DNA from: Cladosiphon okamuranus
Lineage: Eukaryota
Assembly: GCA_001742925.1 (NCBI GenBank)
Contig: DF977789.1
Location: 186,001 to 250,000, forward strand
DNA length: 64,000 nucleotides
Direction of reading: 5' to 3'
Each line of letters starts with the position of its first letter. The first letter of the stretch is position 1. Of the stretch, positions 40,901 to 52,300 are shown piece by piece. The notes under the pieces are model-generated. The model saw only the letters and a program-made list of their open reading frames with translations. It ran no database searches and was not told the origin of the DNA. Both the position numbers and the translations under genes were made by a program.

Positions 40901-43472
40901 TGGGAGGAAGAAGTCGACGTGGGGGGAGCCACGAACACAGTGCTCAAGATCGTAACCTGCGACCTGTTCGATTTCAACTTAGACCAGGACGAGAATTTCA
41001 ACGAAAAGGAACAGCCACCGGGTGAGAGAGCGTTGAAGTTATTAAGGTTCCGTCAACGCAACGTGCCACCTGTTGAGTTTGTTCCGATCTGTGTTAAGGC
41101 ATTCCGAGTTCCGAGAATGAGGCTTAGGGCGTACACACCTTGCCCATACAAAGCGGTAGTGAAGAACCCGATGCGCAGACCGTCTCTTGGTGACAATGTG
41201 CTAGACTTTCGATCGTTTTTTCCCTTCCTTGGCGTTCAATGCGGCGATGACAAGACGTCGGCACCTGCTGCGACAGATACCCATCTTGGGCCTCCACTTT
41301 GAAAATCACATCATGGAGAGTTCCTTCTCCTCGTCCCGTCGCTCCGCAGGTATCTTTCTTGGATAAGATTTCAATTAAACTATTTCGTTATTTCGTTCAA
41401 TTTGTTCCTCATTTTCGCGGCGTTGTCCTCCACTCCTCGTTTCGTTCAACCCTACCGCCTACCCTTTTTCGCTCGGCGTCTCCACCGTTCTGGTCCTCTT
41501 GTCCTCAGACCAACTGCCCCAGCCGCACACGACCACGCTCAACCTTGACACGGGAAAGGCCACCCGAGCCTGCATCATCCCGCAGCCCCCGAAAGAAGGT
41601 CTTGACTTTCCCCAGCTCCGCCAGACGTTGGTTGGCAAGAAGAACAGGCACGTGTAGCATGTATATACAGATATATATAATATATATATATTATGCGGCG
41701 GTGGAAAGTGCCTCATACAGCGTTCCTTTGTACTTGTTACCTCGAATGAGTTATCTCTCCTTTGTTCATGAGGTCTCGGGGGTCAGTCCAGCCGAACTGG
41801 TTTCTTTGATTGGATTTCATGTGGCCGGAACCTTTTTGGCTCATGGCAACCAAGAAAATGGGCCGTGTCAGGGGTTGGCGCGAGTTGCAGAGGCTACAGT
41901 GTTTGTGATCCCTTCTTGTTCCTCTCGTGTGCTCGCGCGCGCTGGGTTGTTTGCGCCCCAGCGCCTGGTACTCCTATGAATGGTGACCGTTCATGGAGAT
42001 TGAAAAGGGTATTTTCGCGGGGGAATGAAGCGCTATCTCAAGCGGTTGAGCCGCCATGCACGAGCCATTTTCGTCACCATCAGCCATCGGAACGGCTACA
42101 CCCTCTCCCATGACAAATTGGCCAATGTTGTGCGGCATGTCGACAGCGCGCCAGAACCGAGGCTGCTTACCAGCGCTCGATAGATATTACGCCTTGTTCA
42201 CCGCGAGAGAACTAGATAGGCTCCGTTGACATCGGTTAGCGGGAACAGAATAGTGTGGATAGAATAAGTTCCCCTCTCTGCTCGCTGCGCCCCAACCGGA
42301 ACTTGCAAGCTGCAAAAAATCACCCAGTGGGCTGGAACTCTCTGTCAATATTCTGGCTGACCTTCTGCCTTTTCCCATGCACTAGGTTCGGCTTCTTCGT
42401 TGGGTTTGACTCGAAGGCACTGCCGACGGCATTGGTGAAGCTCGACCTTGAGGTGATTGTGAATGCACCGCAGTTTTTCGTCGGGATTATCTTAGTACCA
42501 CCGTGACCACCGCGAACTCCGTCGCCACGTGGTTTTCCGGGCAGCATGGTGTTTTTCAGGAGTATCTGTCCCGAACGTCTCGAAGATAGCGTCGTGAGGC
42601 TAGGGATTTGTTGGGATAGTCTAAAGAAATAACGAGTTCTCAGGAAACGATTACCGCCGGTGCACCTCAACCTCCGCTTTTCTGTGTCTTTTGTGTTTTG
42701 TGGGGTATGCTTCACGAATTTTTGCCTACTCCACACCACACCACAGGCAGCAACCCCGGAGACGACGGAGGTTGGACGCATCGACCTCGGGGATTGGTTG
42801 GGTGGGGAATCGATTTTCGTCCCAAGGCACGCCAGGGGGGAAGAAGAGGAAGACGACGGGTACCTGGTCGGCTACGTCAGCCCCAAGGATTGCAGCGGGA
42901 ATTCCGGTGAGCGGTTTAATAACGCCGAGCATGACGAACTGTATCTAAAAGTGTTTCTCTTGTAGCACATACCAAACCAGGCCGTGTGCTAGCTCAACTT
43001 TGCCGGAGCCCGTGGAAGCATCGGTGAGAGAAACGGCATCAAACTACTTTTCATGAACACAAACGTACATGTGGTCCCACCTTTTTTGTCCTGGCCCGTG
43101 TTTGGTGCGCGCCCAGGGCAACAAATTCTCCTGTATGACGAATGAAACCCAGGGCTCTTCGCATACATGCCACATACCAAACGATGCGAGTTTTTGAAAA
43201 GCACGTGTGGCGGAAGATCAAGGCAAAGTCTGTTTTTTGCCCACCCACGCTCGTCCGACGAACAAACTTGCGTCGTTGCACCCACCCCGCTCCCTCCTTC
43301 TCCCCAACACGGTTACGCCGATGTATGCGTGGCAGAGCTCCGCGTTTGGGATGCCAAGACCATGAACGCTGATCCCGTGGCCACCATCAAATTACCCGCG
43401 AGGGTGCCGCTGGGCTTCCACGCCATCTTCATGGGCGAGGCGGACCTAGCGGCGCAGAAGCCCGCACAATGA
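34983..43472 (+). CDS. CCD: Carotenoid cleavage oxygenase (CCD/NCED/RPE65 family), copy 1
   Basis: Fourteen exons: 34983-35039, 35805-35965, 36611-36629, 37361-37470, 37808-37941, 38352-38524, 39462-39524, 40040-40191, 40566-40629, 40871-41021, 41509-41647, 42386-42452, 42747-42906, 43336-43472. Motifs: RNGPNP, HWFDGDGM, TANT, AHPK, MHDFAITE, FHVLNAWEE, LDFPQ, GESIFVP, EDDGYL, RVPLGFHA. These include the four iron-ligand His motifs. Confidence 0.95.
36030..36140. repeat. Two-copy tandem repeat of ~58 bp in intron 2 of CCD copy 1
   Basis: ctatactcaatcagatKcaaggtcgtgttatcaagta...agttaggctgct occurs twice and is absent from copy 2. Confidence 0.85.
40193..40234. repeat. (TGATG)n microsatellite next to a CCD donor site
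   Basis: Directly visible; a shorter version lies at ~54370-54383 in copy 2. Confidence 0.9.
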
Positions 43473-45198
43473 CTGAATGACTGCGACACACCCGAAAAAT
43501 ATAAAGAATAGCATGCGCGTTAATTTGCTGTTCGGTGGCGGCCTTTCCTCCGCAGCTGCTGTAGGACAGCAGTGTTCTGTAGGGCAGCAGTATGTTTTTT
43601 GTGGCGATGGCGTCATGGGTGTTTGAGGAATCTTTGCCAGGTGCGAGGAAACTTGAACTTTCTCCGTTAATGCGACGTAAGTGGGGCTTCTCAACTATCT
43701 GCCGTGTCGTACAGTATCATATCCACGTGTTTTGAGTCTGTTGCTGCGAGATATGATGTGCATTTTTGGATTTTCTCGGTTCGTGATGTGTCGATACATA
43801 AATACCTGTTTTTCGACTGCTGCCTTCGGCAACAACCACGAGCTGAGAGTATCTTACCTTGTACATTGGCATCTCCATAGAGGAGGGCGGAACTCGCGTG
43901 TTAGAGTCGCCAGCCTTGTCTGTGTCGTGGGCACAAGCATGCCGTGTCAGCAAGCTCCTAGCTACGGAGTGTTGAATGTTCGCTCTCTTCTTCTGCTGTT
44001 CGCCACCGCCGGCAGGAAAAAGAAAGGTTGCTGCTTTGTGTAGTTTGCCGGTTTGCCACGTGCTTGTTGCGCCTTGGCATCAGCGTCGAGGCAAAAGTTC
44101 CTCGCGTTGCATCAAAAAAATGTTTGTCGTGCGAAAGGGCTGTACGCTATTCTTGGGCTTGCTTTCCGTGTAATTAGATGCATCTGGAATAAGACGTGCT
44201 GGAAAGGCAGAGATGTACATACCACGAGAGTAGTTAAGCGTTAGTTAGGCTGGCTTGTAAGTCACCAACTGATTCTTGTTGAGGGTGTAAATGGTTAGTA
44301 GCGGTCGCGTGATAGGTGTTGGGAACCCTAGAGCAGAAACACACACGAAGCTCTAGAAAAGTAGGCGTGGGATCAATTTCTCTAGATAATGTAGAGAGCC
44401 GATGAAGAAAGAAAACAGTTACCAGTGACAAGAATGCGATGCACCTGACCCCATGTCGCTGTGAGACAGCTGGGCGGGAAACCCTCTCTCTGCCTACCCC
44501 GAGACAAACCAAAACAAACGAAAACGAGAGCTCTAAATATTGATGTATTTGGCAGGGCTGACCACCCCCCTGCTTCCCACATTCCCCGCTTTGACAAACA
44601 CGAAAGGAGGTCACCGCAACACGGAACGAACTCGTCCTCGCCGTTCCCCTCGAGCTACGTCCATGCTGCAAACCCCCCCAAAGATCGATAGACTCCCCGT
44701 AACGTCAAAACAGAAACAAACGCAACAAAAAAAAACACAACCTATGTCGAAACAACACATCTTCGCCGAATCTGGCCAATCACCCGTGCACATTTCAAGG
44801 CACACGACATAACACGAAAACCCGCAAAACATCATCACACACAAAACTTCAAGCATGTCAAATAGTTCCTATTCGCTCACCTACCAGGGCGAGCAAGCGC
44901 CAGCTCGAAGCACGACAGAGAAAAACAGGAAAGGCCAAGTGGCACCAAAAGTAGGCAAGTCGTACTGCTGGTTCTCTACCGCCTTTTCTCTCGCGCCCCT
45001 GCTCTCTCCCTCTCGCGTCCATTTTCTCGGAACGGATACATATCCGACCGAGCTAGATAACGAAGGCCTGGAGAAAGAAAGTAAAAAATCACGCTCACGA
45101 GACGGAGCACTCACTGCTCGACTGTCAAATCCAAAGTGGTCCTCCGAGCCAAAAAAAAAGAATTCGGGGCGTGGGCGGCGACCGGCCGCCATCGAAGG

Positions 45199-45781
45199 TT
45201 AGTTGGTTCCCCCCCCCTGGCGCTTGAATGGCTTCACCGGCCTACTCCAAATAAAACAACGGACAAAATTGCCGACGACGATGTGAGGTGCCGAACGAAA
45301 CGACGAGACGGACGAAATACACATCAGGGGGTGGGGCGCAGGGAGGTGGGAGAACTGATTTGTTGCTGCTTTGGTCAGATGCACTGGCTGCACCGCGACA
45401 ACAACATAACCGGAGTCGGGACGACATAAGCATGAGCTAGCTGCTTGGCTACCAGAACTTCTCGTGTCAGGAATACCGTCCAATGTGTTTCATTGGGCTG
45501 TCAAAACTTCTTGGAGGAGCCAACCTCATGCTGTGGAAGGCTTTTGGTTTCAGGACTATCCGTGCAACCAACAAATAGGTGCCCACAACGGGACTAGTAA
45601 CGAATGTGCCGTCTTGGCTATGGCACGCAGTAGGCATTCAACGTCCGCAACCTTCAACTACGAAACGAACCCACCTTGAGCGCGATCACGGCGAATTCCC
45701 GCGGTGGTAGGCATTGCTTGTTGGGATCTTAGCGGCCTGCACCACCTGACCCTTGATCGACACCTTCGCCAGGTCCTCCAG
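45199..45781 (-). pseudogene. Orphan duplicated 3' exons of the glycosyltransferase-like gene
   Basis: 45675-45781 matches exon 61572-61678 (LEDLAKVSIKGQVVQAAKIP...), but its acceptor reads ttgcAA where the other copy has tacAG. 45199-~45241 matches the last exon (VKPFKRQGGGTN* vs VKPFKRQGGRAN*). The upstream exons are absent. Confidence 0.7.
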
Positions 45782-47099
45782 TTGCAAAAAACAAAATAGA
45801 CAGAAAAAGGCACAGGTCGAACGGAAGGGTTCAGAAGACTGTTGCAAACTGGCTTGCCACCAGAGAGACGCCAGATGTTGTGAGACATTCCAAATGAAAC
45901 TTTCTGCCAGGTTTCCAGCTGCTCCAACGTCCTAGACAACCTCAACTTAGTCTTCGAAGGGAAACACAACAGCCTTTACGCATGTCGACGAACACAAGTG
46001 TTCCTGATCTTACGCAGTAGCTGGGAAACTTGGCGAACGAGGAAGGATTCGTAAAAACGCTTTTTCCGAGGCCAAAACTACTGTCAAAGTCGTGGAATCC
46101 GTGAATTTCAAAGCGTCTCAAAGGAACTCGGCACCGCTGCTCCCCAAACTTGGCTCCGACACGGTCACATCAATGGAGCACACATCTCGTTGGTTCGATG
46201 GCTGTGTACTGGGGAGGACACTCTCCTCAAGCCCAGAACTCACGAGGATCGCGACAGAAAATACTACATAAGAACAAGACTAACAGCTCACAACCCCTTT
46301 AATTTCTTGACGAGCCCTGGACAAACAAAAATAAAAATGGACGACGTGACTGAGAGATCTGTGGTGCCATCTACCTGGCTTGAAGGTATTTCATGGTTGC
46401 AAGATGAGCACCGCCCTCCAGCAAACACACAAAAAAGGTCCGGAACATGCATGCCACCCCCACCCACCTTGGTTCCACTAGTGGGGATACCAATACAACC
46501 GCAGCCGCTCCGGCGTACGTCAGCACCCACAGCGACGACTTTTCCCGCCAGAGGCGAAACGTTCCAGTACACAGAGGCTGGGGCGAGCCCCCGCGCGCAC
46601 GTAACCGAGGCTCAGGAGCCGGTGCTAGACATCGAAGGGCTAGTGACGGTTGTCTGAGAGCAGGGAAGGGTGATCCATGCTGTACATGTAAACTGTGAGA
46701 CAGCGGTGGGACGCCCGCACGCACATGCTTAGCATCGGAGGACGGGGCGGGTATTTCTCAGGTTTCTTGGCCTGGGACAGAGCGGTGAGGGGGTTGAATT
46801 CCGCACAAAGCCCTTCCGTTGTAAGCGAACTTGACAATCCACATGGACATACGTGCGGTTCACAAAAGAGAACGCTGACATTTTGTTTCGTGGCACACTC
46901 AAAGACGAGGCAACTCCTCGAACCAAACACAACCCTCAACACAACCACTTCAGGAATTGGCCGACGCCCTGCTCACCTCCACATCGCCGCCGCCTCGCCC
47001 GCAACAATCACCGCAACACCCACCACACCCCTCCCTCCCTCTCACAGCGCGAAGCCACTCCAAGCCTCCGGTCCGAACGCCGCCTCTCACCCCCCGACA

Positions 47100-48610
47100 C
47101 CGCGCCACAGCGACGCTGCCACAACGACGCTGTCACAGCGACCAGAACACGATCCACGGATTCGCCAACGCAAACAGGTGCAAATCCAGATTCCTCCAGT
47201 TCTTCGCAGGCTCGCGTGCACGCCCGGACCTCCGTGACTCCCGCTCGTTTGGCTGCTGCTGGCCATGCTGTGGCGTCGGTGCGTCTTCTTGCTTCAGCTG
47301 CTTCTGCTGCTGCCATCGCGGCTGAGGCGTGGGGGCGTCCGGTCGCTGCTGCTACTGCTGCTGCTGTTGCCCCGGTTGCTCCCGGAGTTGCCGGCGGTGC
47401 TGCGGAAGCTCGTTTTGCTGCAGCTCTGACAGCAGCGCCTCAGAACCACGGGAAATCCATTCCGCCACGCCAGGCGGGACTACGAGGAGGTCAAAATGGC
47501 CAAACTTCCGGCTGTGTGAGCCCGGGCGTCGATCCCACACGTGCGCCGCCCCCGATGCCAAATCCTCAGTGGCGACTCCACCGTCACAATATAGCAGATG
47601 AATGACTTGCCCTTCGCGCAGCTTCCGTACCCACAAACACCCCCACGGTTGCTTTGTTCACGTAAAGAGACAGCCCGCCTCGCCGCGCCGGTTCCCACAC
47701 CATGATGGTCGTCTGGGTGTCCCACGCCACCATCGCCAGCCACTGCGGGAAGGCCCACTCTTTTGTGACATGTTTTTCCAACTGCGTGACGACCTCCCCA
47801 ACAGTCCGAAATACGCACCCTATTGTCAGTGACCTCTCCGGTGCGTGGCCGACACAAAAATGTCGTGCCCGCGCTGCTGCCGTTGCGGTCGCAACGGCAG
47901 CATCGCCTGACACTGCCTTCCTTGAGATCTGTGGTGTCTACGAAAACCTCCGATGCATTCGCTGCATGATCCGCACAGAAAAAAAAATCTACCGCCTCCA
48001 CCGCCTCCCGTGTTGCGCGCTTGTCATGGCAGGTTGCGCACCGAAACGATGTTTGAAGGTCACAGCAGTGGTCCACCAGCAAATGCCCCTCCATCTCAGA
48101 CAGCGTATCCTCAAGCCTATTCTCATGATCGTTCCCGAAGACCCGGTCCGCTAGTGCCTCCCACACAACGCGTCTCACACGGGCAATTTCTACCATCTTC
48201 TCTTCGTCGGACTTGCTTCTGGACGATGGGAGAGCGTCCACCACCGACCAGTAGGCGCAGCTCCCATCGAAACAACTTGCCAAGTACATTTTCGCACCTC
48301 TGCCGCATTGAGAACGGGTATCTCGCCAGCTGCCGGGTCAAATCTGGCGAGTTGCAGAAGTCGCTTGCCGCGGTCCGCTGCGATGTGCTCTCTGGTCCCA
48401 CAACTTGGCGTTGAGCCTTCCAAAGAACACATGATGTCCGACAGCTCCCTCCACCCACTTGCGAACGGCGCACACGCACACCGCTGGTGACCATGTGCTG
48501 CAGAGCGGTTGTGCCAGAGTGTGTCCGGGTGCGGCTGTGTGAGGTATTCCCGCGCAACTTTGCTGTCAAAAAAAAAACTGCGCGCCGCTCGCGCGCGCCC
48601 TCCGTGCACC
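47100..48610 (-). pseudogene. Decayed intron-less OTU-like cysteine protease gene with a Cys/His-rich insertion; possible mobile-element or viral relic
   Basis: OTU-type motifs appear in order across shifted frames: FDGSCAYWSVVDAL (Cys codon 48257-48259), KEWAFPQWLAMVAWDTQTTIMVWE (~47690-47763), and IHLLY...GHFDLLV (His codon 47496-47498). A poly-Q tract is interrupted by TAG at 47352-47354. Confidence 0.6.
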
Positions 48611-49076
48611 CCGCTGAGGGTAGGTTACGCCCCGCTTTTTGGCTACTGTGCACAGTCTTTCTCGGTCGCGACGCCCCCAGACATCGGAGCCGCTGAAAAA
48701 ATCAACCCCAAAAAATAAATCGAGATCGACCCTAATCAAACTCCAAGTCAAAGCCGAAACTAGTGTGTCTCAAAATATTTTTCAAAACTGGCTTCTAGTA
48801 CTCTAGACTAAAAGGGTAAATATATCCGGAGATTTGTTGGTGATGTGTTTCTTAAAGACTCGCGAAAATCATTTGAAGCGGCTGCTCAACATGTCTCGCA
48901 TTGCCGTCGGCACGATTGGCTCATGTGCCTGTACGTGTTCCATCGGATAGTTTGCAGTCGTCTAGAAAACCCGCATCTTATCGTGGATCTGACTGCCTGG
49001 AAAACACAACGCACAGGAAGCTAGTGTTGTTGTACTCAGCTTATTATTGTGCACAAAGGATAAAAACCACACCTAC

Positions 49077-49154
49077 CTCGAGCATCTCCTGGACAACATA
49101 GTCTGGGTCATTGATGAGCTTCTTGGAAACGGTCGATCCCGTCTTCTTGGACAT
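49077..49154 (-). pseudogene. Orphan duplicate of dihydroxyacetone kinase exon 1
   Basis: Reads MSKKTGSTVSKKLINDPDYVVQEMLE followed by donor GTAGGT. It has three amino-acid changes from 34769-34692, and no second kinase exon lies nearby. Confidence 0.85.
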
Positions 49155-49373
49155 GTTTGGAGTCTGGCTTGTGGCTGATCATGATGTGTAAGTTTCAGAT
49201 GAAGCAGCTCCGCGCACGACACGCTGCTGGTGAAGCTGTGGTGTTTTCTTATTTTGATCCGGCGGTGCCCCGCTTGATTTTGGACAAGAGTAAATGGCTA
49301 CCACGCAGTCCTCCCGCAAATCTTTTAACGTCTGACCTCTCTGCCGCTTCTTCCGCGCTTGCCTTCAGAGAAG

Positions 49374-52300
49374 ATGAATACGGTGTTGAAGCTCGCCTTC
49401 AAGCCTGTGAACTACATACTAAACTGGCCCGTGAGTGTGCATGCATACACGCATGAACGAGTGTGGCGGATGATCCTGGTAGACTTGCGCATGACGTCAT
49501 GCCGATGAGCAAGAAAATAGATCAAGGAAAGAGAGTTGGGGGAAGTTCGTTGTTCGTTGGCGTCGCAGGACGACTCGTCTTCGCCCCCCCTCCCGCTTGG
49601 AAGCCGTCGCGAATTGGTCTGAGAGCATAGTCAGGCCCCTGAGCATGAAGCATGAGCCGAGCATGCGCGGTACGTGTTCCCTTCTTCGTATTTGCTGAAG
49701 TCAGGATTACCTTCAAATTCCGCAGGACGAAATTCGTTTCTTTTCTTCATCCAGCTGACGCTCCTGGCTGCCTCTCTTCTACCTGAAATTTAAATACCCG
49801 GCAACTACCTCCCGGCCCCGAAGGAAACAGAAACCATCGCCTCATGATTCGTTTGTTTCTCGTAGCCCATTACAGTGTCAGACCTGCGAGCTTCGGGTGA
49901 CGGAAGGTTAACAGAGTACGTGCGAAAAACTGGCGTGTTCGGGAAAACCCATGCGCCGAGTTGCGCGCGCTTTCCCGGCTGCATGACTTTGCACATGTTG
50001 TGGAATGTTCGTGTTTTTATGTTGTTTCCGAGAGTTGTGACACAGAGAGGCACGACACCCGTGGCAGGCTGTCCCACATCGCCGCGAAATCGGCTCATTT
50101 AACGTGCGCTGCTGCGGGTACAACCATAACCACCAGTATTGCTTCTCGACACCACACCGTTGGATGTTAGAAGTAACTCAGGTTTCTCTCGCGCAGTGTG
50201 GGCTAGTTTTTCTCGGTGCTCGCCGTTTTCCCGGAAATATAAATAGTCTATATTTTTGTTTTGCCTTTCCCCTCTAAGATCTTCATCTGTTTACAGAGTT
50301 ATCTACGACCAGTAGATACAACCACGTTTGTCCCCCTCTTTAAGTCCATAAAGGCTTCACGTCTCCGTCCCACAAAAACATCCAGATTTGATTGTACTTC
50401 GATCCTGCTGACCCATCCATAGTAGACTAGACTTGTACTGAAGACATGCAGCAAATTTTGTTTGGTTCATGACAGGATAAGTACAACGAGTTCCTGCAGG
50501 GAGCTTATGCTCCTGTGCAAGAAGAAGTCACCGCTCAGGAGTGCGAGGTCGTGGGTGAGGTGCCAGAAGCCGTGTTCGGAGAGTTCGCCCGTAATGGGCC
50601 GAACCCGCGTCTGCCACCCACGGGCAGATACCATTGGTGAGTTGAGGTACACAAGCCCGCCTCAGACCCGCCCGCAACGAAAGCACTTCCTCCAAAGATA
50701 CGTACCTATATGTGTAGCTCCGAATGAACACGTTCCGACCGAGCGGTATGCAAGATGCTATTATATCTGTGCTTCTACTTTAGACTGCTATATCTGCCGT
50801 GTAGCGAAAATAGAAGCGACCCAAATCATGAAATAAATCATCTTACTCTTTACCCTTGTACGGCACAGCCTTCGGTAGTTTAAGTACTTAGAAAAGTGAT
50901 TGTTGTTTTTAACAGATTACTCTTGGTTTTGTGGGAGGAGATATCATCCGCTACAACCTTGCTTACTACAACCAACCCGATCCCCCTCTCTCCCATGTGT
51001 GCCGCAACCTTGCACTCTGAATGAATATGCCTTTTTTTACACTGCTGTCTTTTGTTTCGTGATGGACGTCAGGTTCGACGGTGACGGCATGGTGAGTTGA
51101 CTTGTCCATAGTTCGCCCTAAGATAGCGCCACGTTGCCGAAAAGTTGGCAACTCGATGTGAAGCTTGGTGTGATGTGATGGGAAGTGAGTTAGGGACAGG
51201 GTCATGTAGTATGAAGATAAGGGTTGGTTGGGCTTTGAGAAGGTGGGCCGGGGCATGCTTGTGTCTGAGGGCACCAGATGGATGCAAATTCGTTTGTTTC
51301 CATCGGTGGACTGATTTGTCCTGGTCTCCGAGCGGCATTCAAGTCAAAGTGCAGGCAGGCCTCACGTTCGCGCTGCACATCCTTCTTTAAGATGAAGCCT
51401 GATACAAGCAAACGTCCCTCGTTCATGTTCGTGTTTTACATCAAGGATTCAAATCTCTTGTCCCTTTAATTCTTGACTGCTGAATTCATGTTTGTGTCAT
51501 CTTCGGGTACCTTTGGCCTTGATTCTTGGCCGAACCGAGATTTGCGCTGGTCTGGCGTTGAGGGCGAAAAAAAATCGAAAGATGGCCTCTTACGTGTTGC
51601 CCGGCTTGTCTCTGTTCCGAAGACATGGTCCCATAAGTGGCCAAGATTGACTCAATTTCGATCGATCCATCGAGCAATCAGAGGTTGGTGACACGTGCTG
51701 CGAAGTTGTGATTCGCGAGGAGTTGTGTGGATTGGATTCCGAAGCTGAGGTTTTGTGGCCTGGCATGATATGATGTGATATGATATGATAGATAGGCCGT
51801 CCACGTTCCGGTCGCCCTTGCAGGTCCACGCTGTCCGCCTTAAGTCGTCCGATTCGGCGATGTACACGAACCGCTACACCAAAACCAACATGCTCAAGGC
51901 GACTGAGCAGACGGGCGAACCCGTCGGGATTAAGTGAGAGAGACAATAGTGTGGCGCCAACAACCAGCAGACCCTCGAGTGTACCTGGGCATTGAAAGTT
52001 CCATTTAGTTGGGCGTTTTTGTGAGTGTAAAGAGTGTACAATGCGAAGGTGCTCCCACCACATACTGATTTGATCCTCGTACATCCTTTCCTTGAGTACA
52101 TACCCTCCGTCTTCCGCGACTCGGATTCAAAACTGCCCATGCAAGACACGTTGCTCTTGAACGTATCTCAACCTGACGAGTCTCTGGTTTCTATTCCTTG
52201 CTTGCTTGGTCGCCTCTTGCGTGCATTCATTGACGCATGTCGCATGATCGCCCGCACGAAAATCGACAGATTTGGCGACTTGGCGTCCCGGCTGGTCATA

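Larger units (their letters stand above)
34447..46070. repeat. Tandem segmental duplication, copy 1
   Basis: Direct similarity to 48827-61975 starts at cggagattt...gactcgcgaaaat and ends near acgcagtagctgggaaac...ttcgtaaaa. It covers exons, much of the introns and the flanks. Confidence 0.9.

Noticed and set aside
48790..48822. piggyBac-like end (...ctaaaagggtaaa) at the right edge of the junction segment
   Set aside because: I found no matching inverted terminus on the left, no exact TTAA and no transposase.
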